DNA of 64,000 bases from an uncultured Ruminococcus sp. GTDB taxonomy: Bacteria; Bacillota; Clostridia; Oscillospirales; CAG-272. The notes under the pieces were generated by a model. It did not search any database. It was not told where the DNA came from and saw nothing but the letters and a program-made list of their open reading frames with translations. Below are positions 35,358-44,499 of the stretch, piece after piece (position 1 is the stretch's first letter; each line of letters opens with the position of its first letter). A program made the translations under genes and the position numbers. The stretch is taken from positions 8,816 through 72,815 of the forward strand of contig CAZVYZ010000001.1 in the NCBI GenBank assembly GCA_964630695.1. The letters are read 5' to 3'.

Positions 35358-37487
35358 ATGGTTGTTCGGGAATGTAGTTTTCAATTTGCAAAGCCCGTAT
35401 GGGAATGCACAACAGAGACTGAGATGAATCGTGTTCTTGTTTTTTCTGCAAACATTGTCGGGGGAGGGCAGGTGTTGTTGCGACTTGCGGGTTCGTCGAT
35501 GTACCGGGTGTTTATCAATCAAAAAATAATACACTGGGGACCTGCGCGTGCTGCAAAAGGCTATTTCCGGGTTGATGAGTTGCAAGTCGGAGATTATTTG
35601 ACTTCCGGAAACAACCTTGTGGAGATAGAGGTCACGGGTTACTACTGTTCCAGTTACGACTGGCTTCGGATTCCATCGTTTTTGTGCGCTGAGTTGTTGC
35701 GTGGCGGTGAGATGATCGCCGCGACCGGTGTGAACGGTTGGAAATGTTGTCATGATGGCAGAAAGATACAGAGGACAGCCAGATACTCATTCCAACGGAC
35801 TTTTTCCGAGGCTTATGACTATCGGCTCGGTAAACTTGAAGAAGTGAAAACCGAAACAGCGCAAGCCGGTTTATTCATTGAAAGAAATGTTCCTGCGCCA
35901 TCGATGATATATGAACCGATACAGAGCATCCCTCAAAGCGGAAAGGTAGCATGGCTTGAGGAGGCGCCCGAGTGCAAAAGTGTCTTTCTGACCAGAGCCG
36001 GAAAAAAGTTTGACGGATATCCGATGGAGATCATTGACGTCAATCAAGTCGGTGACGCTTTGCACCTGTCTTTGTACGATGAAAAGGAATGTTCGTCGGT
36101 ACTTCCGGTTTCAATGCCCGGAAATACGTTTTTAACAGCAAAAATGGCGGGGAACAGAACAGGGTTGATACGCCTGTCTGTTGCGTGCACCGAAGATTGC
36201 GACCTATATCTGACTTTTGATGAAATACTCGTCGACGGAAGGATAGATTTTCTCCGTATGGACTGCGCAAATGTTATACTTTACCGTCTGCGCGGTGGAG
36301 AACGTTACGAGATACTGACAGCGGAACCGTACACCTTACAATATATGAATATTATCCCCGTGGGCGGAGGCATTGTACTTGAGAAAGTGGGAATCGTGCG
36401 TATCGATTTTGATCCCAACGAAATAATTTTTCATGCGGATTTCTCTCCGGATGAAGCGGATATAGAGGAGATCTATGACGCAGCCATAGAAACATTCCGG
36501 CAGAACACACTTGATATTTTTATGGATTGCCCATCAAGGGAGCGTGCAGGCTGGCTCTGTGACAGCTTCTTTACGGGCAGAGTCGAAAAATTGCTTACGG
36601 GAAAAAATACAGTGGAGAAAAACTTCCTCTCCAACTTCATTATGGCAGATGATTTTTCTCCGTTGCCTCAAGGAATGATCCCCATGTGTTATCCCGCAGA
36701 TCATCCCAACGGTAATTATATACCCAACTGGGCTATGTGGTTTATCGTGGAATTGAATGATTATTTTGAACGTACAGGGGATTCGGAGCTTGTTTTACAG
36801 GCGAAGGATCGCGCCTATGGAATATTGAACGCATTGAAAAAATTTGAAAACGCCGAAGGACTTCTGGAGCGTCTTGAAGGTTGGGTATTTATTGAGTGGT
36901 CAAAGAGCAATGCTCTGGTTCAGGATATAAACTATCCGAGCAACATGATGTATTATCTGGTAAAAAAGTTGATGTCACGGCTTTACGGAGATACGGAACT
37001 TGAAAAAGAGGCAGAGCGGCTGCGCAATACGATACGACGGAATAGTCGTTACGGTTTGTTTTTCTGCGATAATTCGATATATCGTGACGGAGTTCCCGTT
37101 CTTTCCGGAGAATGTACGGAAAGTGCGCAATATTATGCTTTTTTCACCGGAGTTGCTACGCAAGAGGAAGACGCGGAACTTTGGAATGTTCTTGTCAGAG
37201 ATTTCGGACCCGACAGAAAGAAAACCGGTCTTTGGAAGGAGATATATTTTTCCAACGCCTTTATCGGAAATTATCTGCGTCTTGAATTGTTGGACCGTGC
37301 AGGCGAACACGAAAAACTGAAAGAGAATATTCGCGGTTACTTCGGATATATGGCAAAGCGTACCGGAACCCTATGGGAAAATGACACCGAAAGCGCAAGC
37401 TGTAATCATGGATTCGCATCGCACGTGTTGGTATGGCTCTCACATTTGGGATACGGACATTGTGAAGAGGAAAAACAATCATTATAA
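35358..37487 (+). CDS. Alpha-L-rhamnosidase-like (GH78-type six-hairpin) glycosidase
   Basis: About 709 aa; MDCPSRERAGWLCDSFF resembles the GH78 catalytic-domain motif; start ATG 35358 after AGGTGG (track start is 35349). Confidence 0.5.
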   Translation: MVVRECSFQFAKPVWECTTETEMNRVLVFSANIVGGGQVLLRLAGSSMYRVFINQKIIHWGPARAAKGYFRVDELQVGDYLTSGNNLVEIEVTGYYCSSYDWLRIPSFLCAELLRGGEMIAATGVNGWKCCHDGRKIQRTARYSFQRTFSEAYDYRLGKLEEVKTETAQAGLFIERNVPAPSMIYEPIQSIPQSGKVAWLEEAPECKSVFLTRAGKKFDGYPMEIIDVNQVGDALHLSLYDEKECSSVLPVSMPGNTFLTAKMAGNRTGLIRLSVACTEDCDLYLTFDEILVDGRIDFLRMDCANVILYRLRGGERYEILTAEPYTLQYMNIIPVGGGIVLEKVGIVRIDFDPNEIIFHADFSPDEADIEEIYDAAIETFRQNTLDIFMDCPSRERAGWLCDSFFTGRVEKLLTGKNTVEKNFLSNFIMADDFSPLPQGMIPMCYPADHPNGNYIPNWAMWFIVELNDYFERTGDSELVLQAKDRAYGILNALKKFENAEGLLERLEGWVFIEWSKSNALVQDINYPSNMMYYLVKKLMSRLYGDTELEKEAERLRNTIRRNSRYGLFFCDNSIYRDGVPVLSGECTESAQYYAFFTGVATQEEDAELWNVLVRDFGPDRKKTGLWKEIYFSNAFIGNYLRLELLDRAGEHEKLKENIRGYFGYMAKRTGTLWENDTESASCNHGFASHVLVWLSHLGYGHCEEEKQSL

Positions 37488-37605
37488 ATAGGGGAAAGTG
37501 TATGCGCTTTGAGATGGCATACATCCACCGACGGTTTGGTAAGTCAATTTAATCGGTTTATCTGAGCGCGGAAAACATGACACAAAAAATAGGGAGATGC
37601 GAAAA

Positions 37606-39372
37606 ATGAAAAAAGAAATGAACGGAATTGCTTTTGATATTGACCTGAACGGACAGAATGCGGAATTTGAAACAGAAGAATTGGAAAGTGAGCCTGCAAT
37701 CAATCTTTATCGCATACGTTTTACACTTTACAAAAAGGCTGTCCCGAAAAAAATAACCCTGCAATTCCATTTTCCGAGAAACGATATTTTTTCCGTTTTT
37801 AAGCCGAATGCAAAGCTGATCTCCGGAGTACTGCCGGATTGGAATCCCGTAAAATCATCCGCTTCGGCGGTTTCGGGTGCTCCTGTGCTCGCACTGATCT
37901 CCAAAGGTGACGCTAACAGATTGACGGTTGCGCTGTCGGATTGCAAAACGCCTTGCTGTATCAAAGCGGGCTTCAACGAAGCGCAGAAGGATATGACGGT
38001 CTGTGTCGAGATCTTTACCTCCGCCGTCAGCCCTTTGTGTGAATATGAAACGGTGCTTCGTCTGGATATGCGCAACATTCCCGCATCCCGAAGCATTTCG
38101 GATGTCACCGTCTGGTGGAAGAGGACAGGATACAGCACCGCATATCTGCCGCAGGCTGCAGCAATGCCTATGTACGCACCATGGTATGCATACCAGCAAA
38201 AATTTACCGATGATATTCTGCTTGAGGAATGCAAGTATGCCAAAAGTCTTGGGATGGAAGCGATTATCGTGGATGACGGCTGGCAGACGGAGGACAGCAG
38301 CGGCGGTTACGCTTTTTGCGGGGACTGGAAAATATGCAGGAATAAGATACACGATATGAAAAAGTTCGTTGCCGATTTGCATCGGATCGGCATGAAGATC
38401 ATTCTGTGGTTTTCCGTGCCGTTTATGGGGAAATATGCAGAATCGGTGGAACGCTTCAGGGGAAAATATCTGTACTTTAACAGTAATCTTGATTCGTATG
38501 TTTTTGACCCGCGCTTTCGGGAAGTCCGGGAATATCTCGTCGGAACCTATGCGGATTTTCTGAAAACATACGATTTGGATGGTTTCAAACTGGACTTTAT
38601 TGATGCTTTCCGTCTGACAGAAGAATCGCCTGAAAACTATGCAGATATGGATCATGTATCGCTCGAGGATGCTGTGGATGCATTGCTTAGTGAAATATGT
38701 AATCGCCTGAAGGAAATAAAGCCGGATATCCTTTTGGAATTCCGTCAGCATTACACGGGAGTAATGATGCAGAAATACGGAAATATGTTTCGTGTCGGGG
38801 ACTGCCCGGGGGATGCAACCACACTTCGCGTCGGTGTTGCCGAGCTGAGAATGCTGACAAGGGGAGTTGCCATACACAGCGATCCGCTCATCTGGAACTA
38901 TCGGGATCCCGTTGAATATGCGGCATATCAGCTGAATCACTCCATCTTCGCTGTGCCACAAATTTCGCTGAAGTTCGGGGAAATCAGTGAACAACACAGA
39001 AAAATGCTGTCATATTACCTTCAATACTATAAAGAAAACAGAGAAATCCTGTTGTTCGGTGAATTGTACGCGGATGGCTTTGAACAGAATTATAAGTCTA
39101 TTACAGCAAAAGGCGCTGATAAAGAGATCACGGTATTGTACGGAAAAAATATTTATGATTATCATTCAAAAAGTAGAATATACATTGATCTGATAAATGC
39201 GACTGCCGGGACAACTGTGTTTATCCGTTCAGAAGCGGAAACTGAGATTTGTATGAAAATAACGGATTGCAGAGGGGAAAATGTTGAAAACAACAAAGTG
39301 GTTCTGAGATCCGGGATGAATGAATTTTGTATTCCGATTTCAGGTTTTATGAATATCAAGAAGATATCGTAA
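37606..39372 (+). CDS. GH36-type alpha-galactosidase family protein
   Basis: AIIVDDGWQ, GMKIILWF and GFKLDFID motifs; start 37606 preferred for spacing from GGGAG. Confidence 0.6.
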   Translation: MKKEMNGIAFDIDLNGQNAEFETEELESEPAINLYRIRFTLYKKAVPKKITLQFHFPRNDIFSVFKPNAKLISGVLPDWNPVKSSASAVSGAPVLALISKGDANRLTVALSDCKTPCCIKAGFNEAQKDMTVCVEIFTSAVSPLCEYETVLRLDMRNIPASRSISDVTVWWKRTGYSTAYLPQAAAMPMYAPWYAYQQKFTDDILLEECKYAKSLGMEAIIVDDGWQTEDSSGGYAFCGDWKICRNKIHDMKKFVADLHRIGMKIILWFSVPFMGKYAESVERFRGKYLYFNSNLDSYVFDPRFREVREYLVGTYADFLKTYDLDGFKLDFIDAFRLTEESPENYADMDHVSLEDAVDALLSEICNRLKEIKPDILLEFRQHYTGVMMQKYGNMFRVGDCPGDATTLRVGVAELRMLTRGVAIHSDPLIWNYRDPVEYAAYQLNHSIFAVPQISLKFGEISEQHRKMLSYYLQYYKENREILLFGELYADGFEQNYKSITAKGADKEITVLYGKNIYDYHSKSRIYIDLINATAGTTVFIRSEAETEICMKITDCRGENVENNKVVLRSGMNEFCIPISGFMNIKKIS

Positions 39373-39394
39373 CCGTAATAAATAACGTTAATAA

Positions 39395-39727
39395 AGTGGA
39401 GAACCGTTACTTATATGTGCCGAAACGACCGGCATAGTAGCAAGGGACTCATACGGATGGTACGCGGACATACCGACAATATTGATACTTCCGATGCCCT
39501 TGAGGTCATATATTATTGCAAATTCATATCAGATCGAAGAACTGAAGCCGATTCTTCATGAGCTGAAATGTATCAGCCGCAATCTCAATCAGCCTACCAT
39601 GCTTTCACATCAGGGCGTGGTGCGGACGGTCAGTCTGACCGAGACGGCGGACGGCATCGGTCGGTGCTATGAGGCAATCAACAGGCTGTACGCCTACACC
39701 GATGCGGTGATACGGGGCGGAGGTTGA
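39395..39727 (+). pseudogene. MobC-like relaxosome protein, stub without a credible start
   Basis: LHELKCISRNLNQPTMLSHQG resembles the MobC IGNN(L/V)NQIA motif; the N-terminal part is missing. Confidence 0.5.
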
Positions 39728-39733
39728 TATTCT

Positions 39734-40189
39734 ATGGCAACCGTTATTTTCATCAAGGAGAGCAAGCAGACACCGAGTGCCATGCGCGGCTGTATCCGTT
39801 ACTGCGTGCAGGAGAAGAAAACGGTGGACGCAGACGGGCGGCAGTATGTCGGCGGGGTCAATTGCCTCGGCGCTCATGCTTACGAGGAATTTATGGCGAC
39901 GAAGAATCTGTACCGCAAGGCATCCGGTGTCTACTTCTACCGGTATGTCCAATCCTTTCGTCCGGGCGAAATCCGGTCTTACGAAGAAGCCCATCGCATC
40001 GGATTGGAGTTTGCCGGGAAGTCTTTTCCGGGATACGAGGTTTTGGTCGCCACGCATCTGGATGCGTATGACGAGAACGGCGCACAGCGCATCCAAAACC
40101 ATTTTATTGTCAACTCGGTCAGCTTTGAGGACGGAAGGAAGATTCACTTTACAGGTTATAGTGAACGGCAATCGATTTTTGAAAATTGA
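39734..40189 (+). pseudogene. MOB relaxase (relaxase/mobilisation nuclease domain), N-terminal ~150 aa only
   Basis: MATVIFIKESKQTPSAMRGCIRYC..., HLD......QNHFIVNSVSFEDGRK histidine-triad region, then a premature stop. Confidence 0.65.
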
Positions 40190-40240
40190 ATATTTGCCTG
40201 TCAGCACGAGCATACTCACAGAAAAAGGAAGGTGAGCCGC

Positions 40241-40480
40241 ATGGAAATACAGGTACACGATGACAAAAAATATGTTTCCGTATGGCTCACAAGGTCCGAG
40301 GCGTCGGATGCCTCGGTGCGCGAACAGCTGAAGCCGCTCTATGGGCAGTACCGTGCACAGAAATATCGCGTGGTGGTGTTCGAGTCCGGAACCGGTGATC
40401 TGCCAACGCTTACGAAAGATTTGCTCCGGCATTCCCTGGAAGTCTGCGCCCGCAGGGAACAGGAGCAGGATTGCCGGTAA
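40241..40480 (+). CDS. Small conserved hypothetical of clostridial mobilisable elements
   Basis: MEIQVHDDKKYVSVWLTRSE...YRVVVFESGTGDL; recalled as a transposon-associated small ORF, function unknown. Confidence 0.4.
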   Translation: MEIQVHDDKKYVSVWLTRSEASDASVREQLKPLYGQYRAQKYRVVVFESGTGDLPTLTKDLLRHSLEVCARREQEQDCR

Positions 40481-40528
40481 AGACGAAAATCGGGCTGTTT
40501 CAATTTCAGTTGAGACAGCCCGATCTAC

Positions 40529-40591
40529 GATTGAGCAAAATCTCCGGATTTGACTGAGCAAAATTTCGGACTTTGACTGAGCAACTTTTTT
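40529..40591 (+). repeat. About 2.7 tandem copies of a 23-bp iteron
   Basis: GATTGAGCAAAATCTCCGGATTT / GACTGAGCAAAATTTCGGACTTT / GACTGAGCAACTTTTTT. Confidence 0.8.
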
Positions 40592-40603
40592 GTGAGTGTC
40601 AAG

Positions 40604-40945
40604 CTACTTGTTTTCCACCCGTGAAATATCAGACAGATCATCCAACTCAACCACGGGCATTTTGATGTCATCACTTTCGATAAACATCAACATATAGATT
40701 GGGTAATAGATCAGATTTCCCTTGACCTCCACATTATAATTGGAAAGGACAAAGCCTTCCTCAATGGCATAATTGGAAATATCCACGATGTTGCTCAGCG
40801 CGGAGTGCCGCTGATAGCTTTTTCCGCTTTTTACTTCAATCGGCAGAACCCGTCCCTTGTATTCGATCACAAAATCCAGCTCTCCGAATTTTCTGTTGTT
40901 ATAGTAGGATTGACACTTTTGCAACAGAAAATTATGCCGTTTTGA
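40604..40945 (-). pseudogene. DUF4143-containing ATPase (COG1373-like), C-terminal stub
   Basis: FGELDFVIEYKGRVLPIEVKSGKSY matches the DUF4143 core; no AAA domain upstream. Confidence 0.6.
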
Positions 40946-41048
40946 CATTTTTTCAATAAGGAACGAACTGAAACTGACACTTTTCAAACATTTTGTCTGT
41001 GATTGCAAGTTGCAAATGATTGTTTTTCCTCTTTCTGTCTGTTTCCCC

Positions 41049-41077
41049 TTGACTTTTCCCACTTCTTGTGATACAAT
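41049..41077 (+). promoter_or_regulatory. Sigma-A promoter with extended -10 for the recombinase
   Basis: TTGACT, 17-nt spacer, TGaTACAAT; AAGGAGA RBS and TTG start at 41112. Confidence 0.65.
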
Positions 41078-41111
41078 ATTATCAATAAAAATAAGAAAGG
41101 AGATAACGATA

Positions 41112-43340
41112 TTGCCGGAGCAATTAAAGATTGCGGCATACACCCGTATTTCGGTTGATTTGGAGTTGGACAAGGACAACACGAGTATCGAAAACCAAAA
41201 AACGATTATCGGGGATTACTGTCGCCTGCATTTCCCGACAAGTACGGTGGATTATTACGAAGACCGCGACCGCTCGGGGTACACCTTTGAACAGCGCCCC
41301 GACTACTGGCAACGACTCCGACCGAAGCTGATGCGCGGGGATTATGATATTTTGATTGTCAAAGACCTGAGCCGATTCTCCCGTCGGACGGGCAAGGGGC
41401 TTGCCGAATTTGAGGATTTGGCGGAAAAGGACATCCGCATCATTGCCATCGGGGATGATGTGGACTACTACCAAGACCACATTGACGACTGGATGAAGAT
41501 CAAACTCTACTTCTTCGTCAACGAAATGCCTGTCACCGATGCCAGCCGCAAGGTGTCCGATGTGATTGCAAGCCGTCAGTCAAAGGGCGAATGGATTTGT
41601 TCGGTGCCTTACGGCTATGTCATTACCAACTCCAAAAAGATGACCTTTGAAGTGGACGAAGCCGCCGCTGAGGTGGTGCGGACGGTGTTCCGGCTCTACA
41701 TCGAGGGATATGGCTACAAAAAGATTGCCAATTATCTGACCGACCGCCACATCCCCACGCCGCGAATGCGGGAAAAGGCGAGGAAAGAAGCCGCCGGAGA
41801 GGAATACAAAGCGAAAACGCGGGAGCAATGGAGCATCATCACGGTTTCGGAGATGCTGAACAACGATTTCTACATTGGCACGCTCCGCGAACGGAAGTAT
41901 CACCGCAGAAAGATCAACGGCGACGATGTGGCGCTGGACAGAAGCGAGCATATCGTCTTTGAAGATCACCACGAGCCGATTGTGGACTACCGTACCTTTG
42001 CCACTGCGCAGGAACTGTTGAAGCAACGCACCAAGAACAATTACCGCGGGGTCAAGAAATACGACAACACCTATGCCGGATTCCTGTTCTGCGGGGATTG
42101 CGGCAGTCCGATGTTTGCCATGAGCCGCAAAGACCTTGCCGAAGCCTACACCTGCGGAACCTACCATGTGCGGGGATTGGCGGGCTGTACCTCCCACCAT
42201 GTGCGGGCGGATTTTCTGGATTCGGTGCTGAAGGAGTATGTTGCCAAGGTACGGGACAATTCTGCCGCCATGCTGCGCATTCTGGAGGAAGTTCTTTCCC
42301 ATGAGGAGCGCTCTGCCGGAAGCGGGAAACGCGCGGCGGAGGATCTGCAGGCGCAGATTGAGGTGGAACGGGCAGAACTGAAAAATCTTGCCCGGCAAAA
42401 GGTGCGGGATATGACACGCCACCCGGACAATGCGGAGATCCTGGAGGAAACCTACGATTCGCTGATTGAAGAATCCAACAGCCGCATTGAGGGGCTGACC
42501 AATCAGCTTGCAATGGTTGCGGATACCACCAACACGATGGTGCGGGTCAATCGGGTGTCGAAAACGGTAATCGAACTGTTTGACGAAATTCTTTCCAAGG
42601 GCAGGCTGGACAAAAACGACCTGCGGCTGATCATCGACCGCATCATTGTCTACGAAGACCACATCGACATCAAACTGAAAGCCGATGTGGACGAGCTGTT
42701 GCGCACCGGAACGATTGCGCACATGAAAACGGATGCGGAAAGCGAAGTACCCGTAAATTTTAACCGCGACACGGGAAATAACGAAAATGCCACGGCGGAA
42801 CCCGCAAAAGTGGCAGTCCAACGCGCCCAAAAGCGGCGCGATAAGGTTTTTCGTGTCAATGTAATCAGTGGCGGCGACCCGCTTGAAATTTATACAGACC
42901 GCGAGGGTAAAGTCATCTTCAAAAAATATTCCCCCATCGGAGAACTTGCGTCCTTTGCGTCCCAATATGCCGAGACGTTGCATCGCGTATGCTCGCTCGC
43001 AGTCATTATCTGCGACCGCGATGCGATTATTGCCTGCTCGGGGGTCCCCAAAAAGGACTACTCCGAAAAGTCCCTCTCGGCTGAATTGGAGCATGTGATG
43101 GAGGGCAGAAATCTGTATTTCCATCGCGAGGGGGATGCCCCTATGCCGGTTCTCGGCGAGGACAGTGCATTTGAGGTCAGTTGCGCCATGCCGATTATCA
43201 GCGAGGGCGATGTAGTGGGATGTGTTGCGTCAGTCGTCGACCGCACCCGTGACACACGCCGCGATGCCCCGACGGGCGAGGTGGAGAAGAAACTGATTCT
43301 TACTGCCGCAGGCTTCCTCGGCAAACAACTGGAGACCTGA
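41112..43340 (+). CDS. Large serine recombinase whose ORF continues in frame into a spoVT 3' fragment
   Basis: Resolvase domain LKIAAYTRISV...SIENQ...DRDRSGYTFEQRPDYWQ...VKDLSRFSRR; recombinase domain; zinc ribbon FCGDCGSPMF...CGTYH...CTSHH; coiled coil. The last ~155 aa are SpoVT-like. Confidence 0.85.
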   Translation: MPEQLKIAAYTRISVDLELDKDNTSIENQKTIIGDYCRLHFPTSTVDYYEDRDRSGYTFEQRPDYWQRLRPKLMRGDYDILIVKDLSRFSRRTGKGLAEFEDLAEKDIRIIAIGDDVDYYQDHIDDWMKIKLYFFVNEMPVTDASRKVSDVIASRQSKGEWICSVPYGYVITNSKKMTFEVDEAAAEVVRTVFRLYIEGYGYKKIANYLTDRHIPTPRMREKARKEAAGEEYKAKTREQWSIITVSEMLNNDFYIGTLRERKYHRRKINGDDVALDRSEHIVFEDHHEPIVDYRTFATAQELLKQRTKNNYRGVKKYDNTYAGFLFCGDCGSPMFAMSRKDLAEAYTCGTYHVRGLAGCTSHHVRADFLDSVLKEYVAKVRDNSAAMLRILEEVLSHEERSAGSGKRAAEDLQAQIEVERAELKNLARQKVRDMTRHPDNAEILEETYDSLIEESNSRIEGLTNQLAMVADTTNTMVRVNRVSKTVIELFDEILSKGRLDKNDLRLIIDRIIVYEDHIDIKLKADVDELLRTGTIAHMKTDAESEVPVNFNRDTGNNENATAEPAKVAVQRAQKRRDKVFRVNVISGGDPLEIYTDREGKVIFKKYSPIGELASFASQYAETLHRVCSLAVIICDRDAIIACSGVPKKDYSEKSLSAELEHVMEGRNLYFHREGDAPMPVLGEDSAFEVSCAMPIISEGDVVGCVASVVDRTRDTRRDAPTGEVEKKLILTAAGFLGKQLET
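42870..43340 (+). pseudogene. spoVT: spoVT, 3' portion (from about residue 31 of about 180) lacking its own start and AbrB-type N-terminus
   Basis: GGDPLEIYTDREGKVIFKKYSPIGELASFASQYAE...VIICDRDAIIACSGVPKKDYSEKSLSAELEHVMEGR...PIISEGDVVGCV...GEVEKKLILTAAGFLGKQLET is collinear with B. subtilis SpoVT EGDPLEIFVDRDGEVILKKYSPISELGDFAKEYAD...ICDRD..IAVSG.SKKDY...TAAGFLARQMEQ (recalled sequence). Confidence 0.8.
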
Positions 43341-43353
43341 TACGGTCCGACAA

Positions 43354-43443
43354 AACGACACACGGGTCGTTCCCTGCAATATCCCTTTTGAAACGGATTC
43401 GTTTTTCAAAAAAGGATTTGCAGGGGATGACCCGTGTGTCGTT
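43354..43443. terminator. Nested 90-bp palindrome between convergent genes (bidirectional terminator or hairpin repeat module)
   Basis: AACGACACACGGGTC ... GACCCGTGTGTCGTT enclosing the CCCTGCAA...TTGCAGGG and ATCCTTTT..AAAAGGAT arms. Confidence 0.6.
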
Positions 43444-43461
43444 TCACGCCGTTTTCAGGTG

Positions 43462-44313
43462 TCACGGCTCGTTTTTTTGGTATTCGTTCGGCTTTTGATT
43501 TCCTTTCTTCCATTGCAGGGGCGTCATTCCGGTGTTTTTTCGAAAGAAAGAATAGAAATAAATCTCATTCTCAAAACCCATTTGGCGGGAAACGTCATGG
43601 ACGCTACGGTCGTCACGTTTCAGTTCGTATTGCGCGATGGAAATCTTGACGTGGATGATGAATTGGTGTATCGAGATGGAAGTGAATGCGCGGAAATCCT
43701 TACTGAGTTTATTGCTGCTGACGAAGAACCGCGCGGCGATGTCGGAGATGCGCAGCGGGGAGCCGATGTTTTCCACGACGTATCGGATGACCTCGGGAAT
43801 ATAACTCGGACTGCAAATGTGAATGATGTCCTGCGGCAGAATCTTATTGTTGATGTTATAATGGTGCAGGTGGCGGAGCAGGTACACGAGCAGGACCTCC
43901 TGCCGGATGGAGCGGATGGCGGTGACGTCGACCAAATCCAGAATCTGCTTCAGCTCGCGGGTACACTGCGGGGTCAGTAGGAAAATGCAGGAATTCTTGC
44001 TTTGCAACATGGGGAGGTCCGAAAGGCAACTCCAATGTTTGGCAAGAAACGCGTCCCCAAAGTAGAAAGAATAGCGGGTGTAGATTGCCTCCTTGTTCTC
44101 CGCAACGTTGGAATGGACCGAATAGGGCGCGAAAAGAATGGCGCAGGGGCGGTCAATCGGAATCTCCTGCCCGTTGAGAATCGCCATGCGGGGGATGGAT
44201 TCAAGGCAAACGTACAATTCATACGCGGGGTGAATGTGCGGTGCAAACAGGGTGTTGGCGAGGTTGCTTTTGATATAGTTGAATTTTTGACCGAAATTGA
44301 CGAAAAATTCCAT
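43462..44313 (-). CDS. AraC-family transcriptional regulator
   Basis: 283 aa; C-terminal ISDIAARFFVSSNKLSKDFRAFT...VHDVSRQMGFENEIYFYSFFRKNTGMTPLQW. Confidence 0.85.
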   Translation of the reverse strand: MEFFVNFGQKFNYIKSNLANTLFAPHIHPAYELYVCLESIPRMAILNGQEIPIDRPCAILFAPYSVHSNVAENKEAIYTRYSFYFGDAFLAKHWSCLSDLPMLQSKNSCIFLLTPQCTRELKQILDLVDVTAIRSIRQEVLLVYLLRHLHHYNINNKILPQDIIHICSPSYIPEVIRYVVENIGSPLRISDIAARFFVSSNKLSKDFRAFTSISIHQFIIHVKISIAQYELKRDDRSVHDVSRQMGFENEIYFYSFFRKNTGMTPLQWKKGNQKPNEYQKNEP

Positions 44314-44499
44314 TTCGTGGAAACTCCTCTTGTGTGTGAAATCTTAGTTTTTTGGGCGCATTTGTACCGTTTGTCGCATTGTTTTTTGCTTTTTTATATG
44401 GTATAATCAGAATCGGAAAGCGAATTGACAAACATCAGTATAAAGGAAAAAGAACGGTTTGTCAAGGGCTTTTGAATATTTTATCGGGAGGATTTTTCC

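Noticed and set aside
41010-41111. Upstream 34-codon extension of the recombinase ORF (track start 41010)
   Set aside because: The extension overlaps a consensus promoter (41049-41077) and the RBS. The resolvase domain begins right after the TTG at 41112.
1-42869. Search for the missing spoVT 5' part (MKATGIVRR..GRVVIPKEIRR) upstream in this window
   Set aside because: I scanned by eye for matching start contexts and for VVIPKE-type codon strings and found nothing convincing. This is a visual-scan negative, not proof of absence, so attL may lie outside the window or be deleted.
23500-43340. Prophage interpretation of the island
   Set aside because: No terminase, portal, capsid, tail or lysis genes were recognised. 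The content is metabolic and defence cargo plus mobilisation remnants, which fits a decayed integrative mobilisable element better.
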